Positions 24,513 to 32,047 of a DNA stretch of 32,047 nt are shown one piece after another. Position 1 is the stretch's first letter. Each line of letters begins with the position of its first letter. Where the stretch lies: positions 1 to 32,047 of the forward strand of contig NIVC01000693.1 in NCBI GenBank assembly GCA_002269645.1. Reading direction: 5' to 3'. A program made the translations under genes and the position numbers. This stretch comes from Macrostomum lignano (Eukaryota). Below the pieces are notes generated by a model, which ran no database searches, was not told the DNA's origin, and saw nothing but the letters and a program-made list of their open reading frames with translations.

Positions 24513-25067
24513 CCAGTGTCAGCTGGAGCAAGACACTGTCGGCAGCAGCTGGTTTCTGCCAGGTGTCACAAAGTTTGCCCAGCCCAGCACCCCAGCCTCT
24601 TCCGCTGCATCGCGAGCTGCGGCAGGCAGGCGGAGCAGCGTGCCGTGTTTGCCCGCGGCCCCCTTCCCGCTGTTTGCAGCCTGTGGCAGCTTTGAAAATG
24701 GGGCTGACAGAAAAACAAAGAACTCGTTTCAAACTGCAGACGAGCCTCAAGGCCTTCGTGCCGCTCGCCCAGCTTCTAATATAAAAACTCCACCACGGAA
24801 AGTCACTGTAGCACTGCACTACTGCCAGTAGCATGAGTGGCTTCTGATGTCTCAATCCGCAGCACGCATTGAATCGCATGCATCATAAAGCCTTAAGAAA
24901 CTGTGAAACCGTGATTGGAAGCGAGAGTGCTTCGCGAGTAACCTCGGAGGGTGAGCCACCGAGAGCCATCGCTAACAAGCCGCCCGACAAGCTATCAGAA
25001 CCGGACGATTAAAGGGATGCCAAAAATGAAGATCTGCTGCCACTGGTTAGTCAGAGTGGGGAGCAGG

Positions 25068-25210
25068 ACAGCTCAGGCTCAGGGACAGCTCAGGCTCAGG
25101 GACAGCTCAGGCTCAGGGACAGCTCAGGCTCAGGGACAGCTCAGGCTCAGGGACAGCTCAGGCTCAGGGATAGCTCAGGCTCAGGCACAGCTCAGGCTCA
25201 GGGACAGCTC
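25068..25210. repeat. 17-bp tandem repeat, about 8 copies
   Basis: Unit GACAGCTCAGGCTCAGG; period 17 checked at 25084 and 25101. Confidence 0.95.
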
Positions 25211-25584
25211 CCGCAGCCAGAGATACCCAACGGATCGATGAAGTGGCCGGGCGGAAAGGCGGCAAGGAGAGCCCATGTTGACTTTCCGAGGTCAGGAGGG
25301 AATCAGAGGCCCGGTTTGCTCAGGCGGCACGGGAAGTTTCGATTCCAAAAACAAGCAGCCGGGGGCAGCGCACGAACATTCTTCTCTACGAGAGCCACCC
25401 TGCCGGCTCTCATTGTTGGCGGGGCTCCGGTCCGCTGCTCTGCCTCCTGGCGTGCCGGGGGCCGGGCAAATTAGATTGAGCTCGGGGCTTTTTGCCGGTC
25501 CGGGCTGAGTGCTCACCGCCCCTGAAATCAGCGGGCCGGCCGAGCGGGCAAAACTGGCCGATAATCAGGCCTGATATAAAAATT

Positions 25585-25646
25585 CAATTTTCCACTTCTC
25601 TCTTCTCTGCATTTCGCTGAATTCTCACCGCCGCCCGCCCTTGCAG
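25585..25646 (+). promoter_or_regulatory. Putative 3' splice acceptor in the Kv 5' UTR
   Basis: Pyrimidine tract TTTTCCACTTCTCTCTTCTCTGC...CCCTTGCAG ends at 25646, 127 nt before the ATG. A candidate donor GAGG|GTGAGC lies at 24951. Confidence 0.5.
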
Positions 25647-25773
25647 CCGGCAGGGATTGCTGGAGGAATTCGCGGCCCGTAGCCCCCCTATGGCCGGAGC
25701 CCGCAGCAACGGCAGCAGCCAATAGCAGCGCGCCAATCGCGATAGGGCGAGCCGGGCAGAGAAAAGCGTCGGC

Positions 25774-27281
25774 ATGCTGTACGTGCCCTCCTACATGAGC
25801 CCCAGCTCCTATGGAGGCGGCGGGAGCCACTCCAGGGAGGACCTGAGCATGATCACCTACCAGACCCAGTCACACATCGAGCGGAGCAGCTACAAGTCGC
25901 ACAACAAGCTAGTTAGATTCGAGCCCAGGACCTCGCACCTGCATTTGTACCAGCGGCGATCGAGCCGCGACTCCGACGACTCGGAAGGGTCAGCAGACGA
26001 GGCCGAGCCCGAGCGGCAGCCGCAGCAGCAGCCGCGCAACCAGCGGCCCCGCTCCCGCTTGGAAGACTCGCCGCAGTCCTCATCTGCGCAGCCCTCGCCG
26101 AGGCATTTCCGAGCGCAGCCACCGGCAGTTGCGGGCGCCTTCCACGACTGTCACTTCCTCGGCTGCGAGCGCGTCCGCCTGAACGTGTCCGGCATGCACT
26201 TCGAGACCCGCCTGGGCGTCCTGAACCAGCACCCGCGCACCCTGCTGGGCAACCCGCAGAAGCGGGCCAAGTACTTCGACAGGCGGCACCACGAGTACTT
26301 CTTCGACCGGCACCGGCCCACCTTCGAGGCCATCTTCAACTACTATCAGTACGGCGGCAAGCTGAAGCGCCCGCCGAACGTCACGGACGACATCTTCCTG
26401 TCCGAGCTGGAGTTCTACGAGATCGAGCGGGAGGTCATCGACGCCTACAAGAAGGACGAGGGCTACATCTCGGAGACTGTGGTGCTGCCCGAGCACCCGG
26501 TCAAGCGCAAGATCTGGATGCTGTTCGAGTACCCGGAGACCAGCACGCCCGCCTTCCTGGTGGCCATCATATCCGTGCTGTTCACCGTCATCTCCATCAT
26601 CCTGTTCTGTGTGGAGACGCTCAAGGAGTTCAAGGATTCGCACTGCGTGGCCCACGAGCTGCCCAACTTCCTCGACCCGTTTTTTATAATCGAGTCCGCC
26701 TGCACCGCCTGGTTCACCCTGGAGCTCGTCATCCGCTTCGCAGTCTGCCCGTCCAAGAAGGCCTTCATCAAGGACATCAAGAACGCCGTGGACTTCTCGG
26801 CCATCGTGCCGTATTACGTGACGCTCACCAACGTGCTCATCACCATGAGCTGCGAGGGCGCCAAGTCCAGCGCCTCGCTCGCCTTCCTCCGCGTGGTCCG
26901 CCTCATCCGGGTGTTCAAGCTCACCAAGCACTTCGACGGCCTCCAGGTGCTGGTGCTGACCTTCAGAGCGAGCATCGAGGGCCTCGGCCTCTTCCTGGTG
27001 GCGCTGATCGTCTGCATCCTGCTGTTCTCCTCCACCATCTACTATGTGGAAGCCGAGGTGAAGGGCTCGCAGATCGAGAGCATCCCGGACGCATTCTGGT
27101 GGGCGGTGATCACCATGTGCACCGTGGGCTACGGCGACAAGGTGCCGAAGGGCCGCTGGGCATGGTGGTGGGCTCCGTGTGCGCGATCGCGGGAGTGCTG
27201 ACCCTGGCCATCCCGGTGCCCATCATCACCGAGAACTTCAACAAGTTCTACACTCACAAGACGGGCCGCGGCAGGCACTGA
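25774..27281 (+). CDS. KCNA: Shaker/Kv1-family voltage-gated K+ channel alpha subunit, intronless, about 502 aa after correcting a 1-nt deletion at 27150-27152
   Basis: Shaker-type T1 domain ([14 protein letters not shown]...[14 protein letters not shown]), S1-S5, pore [19 protein letters not shown]6 ([26 protein letters not shown]) continues in the frame of ORF 27099-27281. GC3 is very high. Confidence 0.95.
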
Positions 27282-27423
27282 GGCCTGTGGCGCCCAAGGC
27301 TGGGAGATGCGCTGGCGGAAGCTGGACGGTTGAACAGGATTTGGGACCATCCGCTGCTTTGTGCAGCCCCCAGAAGGGTCTTGGATCGGAGCCGGGACTT
27401 CTCAGCATTTTATAAATTTGATT

Positions 27424-27429
27424 AATAAA
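27424..27429 (+). terminator. Putative poly(A) signal of the Kv gene
   Basis: AATAAA in a local AT-rich patch about 140 nt after the TGA. Confidence 0.55.
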
Positions 27430-27467
27430 GCTAGCAACATCAAAAGTGCACGCTGAGCTGATGGTGT

Positions 27468-27644
27468 CAGAGCCAGCAGCACCAGAATCCCACAGCTGAT
27501 GGGATCAGAGCCAGCAGCACCAGAATCCCACAGCTGATGGGATCAGAGCCAGCAGCACCAGAATCCCACAGCTGATGGGATCAGAGCCAGCAGCACCAGA
27601 ATCCCACAGCTGATGAGATCAGAGCCAGCAGCACCAGAATCCCA
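27468..27644. repeat. 38-bp tandem repeat, about 4.7 copies
   Basis: Unit CAGAGCCAGCAGCACCAGAATCCCACAGCTGATGGGAT, with starts at 27468, 27506, 27544, 27582 and 27620. Confidence 0.95.
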
Positions 27645-28607
27645 AGTACCTTGACAACCGAATGGCTCTACTTCGCCTCCAGTCTCCCAGCCTCATCAAA
27701 GCCAGCCGTGATCCCCAAAGTGAATCGCTCAGCACTGCTCAGGCTCCCAACGCATTCAAAGCTGACCGTCGTGATGTCCAGATTGCAACCCCAAGCGTCA
27801 CGTCACCCCCTGTCGCCCAGGTGCCAACCTCGCATGCCGACTCACGCCCCTCCCCAAGCCTCCCCAGTCCTCGCAGTCCAGCTTCATTTCTTCAGAGATT
27901 CAATGCATCGACCAGTTCGCAACTGTAAATAAACCTGTGCGGAGGCAGACTTCGCTGGCGCACTCCAGTGCGTCTGCCCGCTGGGCACTTTTGGCCTTCA
28001 TTTCAACCTCCTGTGTTTCTCTGCTGCTGGCCGCCGCCTTCCATCTTGCCGGCACCTTCTGCTGCCCCCACGGGCCCCCCAGCTAAAAATAGCGGAGCCG
28101 AACTGCAGCTCCGGGATGCCGCCGCAGCTGCCAGCGGGGAAAAGCGAAATGCACCCGGGAAACACGCCGTGATGGGGGGATGAGGCTGGCTGGCGCCTCC
28201 TGGGAGGCTGGGCCTCGCCTGTCTTCATCTGCCCAGCGCTGCGGAATACGATAAGCATCTGGCCTAATAAGCTGTTTGGCTCGCGGCGCGGCAGCCCCTC
28301 CGCAGGCTGAGCGGAGCCGCCGGGTCTCCAAGGATCCGCAGGCGGCTGGAAGTGGCCCCCTCTTATTTTCTCCGGCGGGTTCCGGCGGCAGATAGCGGTG
28401 TCCTCGGCTCTCGGCGCTCCCGAACTTATCTGCCCAGGGCTGCGGAGATATTGCAGCTGCCTTTTTAATCTCTGCACTCTTCCCCAGCCCTAGGCATGAC
28501 TGATTCCCCTGTCTGCCCCCTGCCAAGTACCGCTTTGCTTAATTTTTCCTTCTACATGCAATCTTATCTCTCCCTGCTTGATTCATTGCAACACTGCTGT
28601 TCTCAAC

Positions 28608-30970
28608 TCTCTCCCCTTCTCTCCCTGCTGCCCTTCTCTCCCTGCTCCCCTTCTCTCCCTGCTCCCCTTCTCTCCCTGCTCCCCTTCTCTCCCTGCTCCC
28701 CTTCTCTCCCTGCTCCCCTTCTCTCCCTGCTCCCCTTCTCTCCCTGCTGCCCTTCTCTGCCTGCTGCCCTTCTCTCCCTGCTCCCCTTCTCTCCCTGCTG
28801 CCCTTCTCTCCCTGCTGCCCTTCTCTCCCTGCTCCCCTTCTCTCCCCTTCTCTCCCTGCTGCCCTTCTCTCCCTGCTCCCCTTCTCTCCCTGCTCCCCTT
28901 CTCTCCCTGCTGCCCTTCTCTCCCTGCTGCCTTCTCTCCCTGCTGCCCTTCTCTCCCTGCTCCCCTTCTCTCCCCTTCTCTCCCTGCTCCCCTTCTCTCC
29001 CTGCTGCCCTTCTCTCCCTGCTGCCCTTCTCTCCCTGCTCCCCTTCTCTCCCCTTCTCTCCCTGCTGCCCTTCTCTCCCTGCTCCCCTTCTCTCCCCTTC
29101 TCTCCCTGCTGCCCTTCTCTCCCTGCTGCCCTTCTCTCCCTGCTCCCCTTCTCTCCCTGCTGCCCTTCTCTCCCTGCTGCCCTTCTCTCCCTGCTCCCCT
29201 TCTCTCCCCTTCTCTCCCTGCTGCCCTTCTCTCCCTGCTCCCTTCTCTCCCTGCTCCCCTTCTCTCCCTGCTGCCCTTCTCTCCCTGCTGCCTTCTCTCC
29301 CTGCTCCCCTTCTCTCCCTGCTCCCCTTCTCTCCCTGCTCCCCTTCTCTCCCTGCTCCCTTCTCTCCCTGCTGCCCTTCTCTCCCTGCTCCCCTTCTCTC
29401 CCTTCTCTCCCTGCTGCCCTTCTCTCCCTGCTCCCTTCTCTCCCCTTCTCTCCCTGCTGCCCTTCTCTCCCTCCCTTCTCTCCCTGCTCCCCTTCTCTCC
29501 CTGCTCCCCTTCTCTCCCTGCTGCCCTTCTCTCCCTGCTCCCCTTCTCTCCCCTTCTCTCCTGCTGCCCTTCTCTCCCTGCTCCCTTCTCTCCCTGCTCC
29601 CCTTCTCTCCCTGCTGCCCTTCTCTCCCTGCTGCCTTCTCTCCCTGCTCCCCTTCTCTCCCTGCTCCCCTTCTCTCCCTGCTCCCCTTCTCTCCCTGCTC
29701 CCCTTCTCTCCCTGCTGCCCTTCTCTCCCTGCTGCCCTTCTCTCCCTGCTCCCTTCTCTCCCTGCTCCCCTTCTCTCCCTGCTCCCCTTCTCTCCTGCTC
29801 CCCTTCTCTCCCTGCTGCCCTTCTCTCCCTGCTCCCCTTCTCTCCCCTTCTCTCCCTGCTGCCCTTCTCTCCCTGCTCCCCTTCTCTCCCCTTCTCTCCC
29901 TGCTGCCCTTCTCTCCCTGCTCCCCTTCTCTCCCCTTCTCTCCCTGCTGCCCTTATCTCCCTGCTCCCCTTCTCTCCCTTTCTCTCCCTGCTCCCCTTCT
30001 CTCCCCTTCTCTCCCTGATCCCCTTCTCTCCCTGCTCCCCTTCTCTCCCCTTCTCTCCCTGCTCCCCTTCTCTCCCTGCTCCCTTCTCTCCCTGCTGCCC
30101 TTCTCTCCCTGCTCCCCTTCTCTCCCTGCTGCCCTTCTCTCCCTGCTCCCCTTCTCTCCCCTTCTCTCCCTGCTGCCCTTCTCTCCCTGCTCCTCTTCTC
30201 TCCCTGCTCCCCTTCTCTCCCTGCTCCCCTTCTCTCCCTGCTGCCTTCTCTCCCTGCTCCCCTTCTCTCCCCTTCTCTCCCTGCTGCCCTTCTCTCCCTG
30301 CTCCCCTTCTCTCCCCTTCTCTCCCTGCTGCCCTTCTCTCCCTGCTCCCCTTATCTCCCTGCCCCCCTTCTCTCCCTGCTCCCCTTCTCTCCCTGCTTCC
30401 CTTCTCTCCCTGCTGCCCTTCTCTCCCTGCTCCCCTTCTCTCCCTGCTGCCCTTCTCTCCCTGCTGCCCTTCTCTCCCTGCTCCCTTCTCTCCCTGCTCC
30501 CCTTCTCTCCCTGCTCCCCTTCTCTCCCTGCTCCCCTTCTCTCCCTGCTCCCCTTCTCTCCCTGCTGCCCTTCTCTCCCTGCTCCCCTTCTCTCCCCTTC
30601 TCTCCCTGCTGCCCTTCTCTCCCTGCTCCCCTTCTCTCCCTGCTCCCCCTCTCTCCCTGCTCCCCTTCTCTCCCCTTCTCTCCCTGCTGCCCTTCTCTCC
30701 CTGCTCCCCTTCTCTCCCCTTCTCTCCCTGCTGCCCTTCTCTCCCTGCTCCCCTTCTCTCCCCTTCTCTCCCTGCTGCCCTTATCTCCCTGCTCCCCTTC
30801 TCTCCCTTTCTCTCCCTGCTCCCCTTCTCTCCCCTTCTCTCCCTGATCCCCTTCTCTCCCTGCTCCCCTTCTCTCCCCTTCTCTCCCTGCTCCCCTTCTC
30901 TCCCTGCTGCCCTTCTCTCCCTGCTCCCCTTCTCTCCCTGCTCCCCTTCTCTCCCTGCTCCCCTTTCTCT
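28608..30970. repeat. Polypyrimidine/polypurine complex minisatellite (17-bp unit plus truncated variants)
   Basis: Unit CTTCTCTCCCTGCT(C/G)CC. Adenine is almost absent from the plus strand over about 2.4 kb. Confidence 0.97.
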
Positions 30971-31404
30971 GGCTTCTTCCATTTTCACCTTTTAAGCCAC
31001 CTTCTCTCGGTCGCTCACTGCTCTGCTCGTTCCCTTCTCCTCGGCCCCATTTCCTCACGGGCCGCCCTCCCAAATCCGCCCCAATTAAAGCGGGGTCTCA
31101 CACTCACACCTCCACTCTCAGCTCAGGTCTCAGTCCCCGGCCAAATCCTGCCAAATGCAGCAGCTCCAATGCCCACTTAAAAACCCGATTGTATCAGCTG
31201 CTCGCTACAGCAGATTGCCTGCTGTGGCAGAGACGGGGCACTGGAGCAGACAGGAACTCAAGCAGGCGGAAATCGGCAGCTGAGCAGCTTGTGAGCCGCT
31301 GCTACAGACAGCTTGGGAGAAAAGGATCTTTGACAGCTTGAAAACCTGAATATAATTCTGCAAATAATGGCGGTGGAAAGAGGCAGCGCATACGAGCGTA
31401 GTAG

Positions 31405-32047
31405 AGCCTGTAGTCTGTAGACGGAAAGACAGCAGAGTCTGTAGTCTGTAGATACGAGGCGTAGATAGACAAATAAGAATGCATATTTTTAGCCTGTAGA
31501 TAGACAGTTACAGCAGAGCCTGTAGTCTGTAGATAGACAGTTACAGCAGAGCCTGTAGTCTGTAGATAGACAGTTACAGCAGAGCCTGTAGTCTGTAGAT
31601 AGACAGTTACAGCAGAGCCTGTAGTCTGTAGATAGACAGTTACAGCAGAGCCTGTAGTCTGTAAGATAGACAGTTACAGCAGAGCCTGTAGTCTGTAGAT
31701 AGACAGTTACAGCAGAGCATGTAGTCTGTAGATAGACAGACACAGCAGAGCCTGTAGTCTGTTGAATGTAGTCTGTAGACAGACAGACACAGCAAAGCCT
31801 GTAGTCTGTTGAATGTAGTCTGCAGACAGACACAGCAAAGCCTGTAGTCTGTTGAATGTAGTCTGCAGACAGACAGACACAGCAAAGCCTGTAGTCTGTT
31901 GAATGTAGTCTGTAGACAGACAGACACAGCAAGCCTGTAGTCTGTTGAATGTAGTCTGTAGACAGACAGACACAGCAGAGCCTGTAGTCTGTTGAATGTA
32001 GTCTGTAGACAGACAGAGCAAAGCCTGTAGCCTGTAGACAGAAACTC
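31405..32047. repeat. Compound minisatellite: a 33-bp unit grading into 43-47-bp units with variable GACA copy number; runs off the window
   Basis: TAGACAGTTACAGCAGAGCCTGTAGTCTGTAGA has period 33. From about 31735 the unit is GACAGACACAGCAAAGCCTGTAGTCTGTTGAATGTAGTCTGTA, with periods 47, 43 and 47. Confidence 0.93.

Noticed and set aside
24698-24784. MGLTEKQRTRF... resembling a globin N-terminus
   Set aside because: Only 28 codons before a stop, with no donor and no further globin motifs.
25913-27038. Minus-strand ORFs over the Kv gene (e.g. 283 aa)
   Set aside because: Antisense shadows of a high-GC3 coding sequence.
27605-27645. CTGATGA hammerhead-like core in the last 38-bp unit
   Set aside because: No GAAA or matching three-stem architecture. 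The other units read CTGATGG.
28496-31180. 800-900-aa ORFs on both strands, including a collagen-like GEQGEKG repeat
   Set aside because: The strand almost lacks A (and its complement lacks T), so stops cannot form. The 17-nt unit and its truncations do not preserve a Gly-X-Y frame.

Overview
Repeat-rich animal genomic DNA. The GC3-high coding sequence and minisatellite-filled intergenic DNA suggest a free-living flatworm such as Macrostomum; this is an inference and cannot be proven from the window. Three genes are supportable. (1) A large, apparently intronless minus-strand gene at 1-3872 runs off the left edge. Manual reconstruction gives at least 1231 codons of tandem beta-rich, CBM20/Ig-like repeats. 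The ORF track splits it into four pieces and misses 1-1113. It is interrupted by two in-frame TAA codons, a homopolymer +1 frameshift and a 178-nt (GACA)n insertion. (2) A two-exon, 138-aa IFI6/IFI27 (ISG12)-family gene with a signal peptide (11601-12116, minus), with a dead copy of its first exon upstream. (3) An intronless Shaker/Kv1 channel (25774-27281, plus). It has a probable 1-nt homopolymer assembly error, an S4 lacking one basic triplet, and a TMCTVGYGD pore motif. The rest comprises degenerate mariner elements, a TIR MITE, an RNase H-bearing non-LTR retrotransposon remnant, an old local duplication and about 9 kb of tandem arrays (units of 4, 17, 20, 29, 33, 34, 38, 43-47 and 47 bp). 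No rRNA, tRNA or CRISPR array is supportable.
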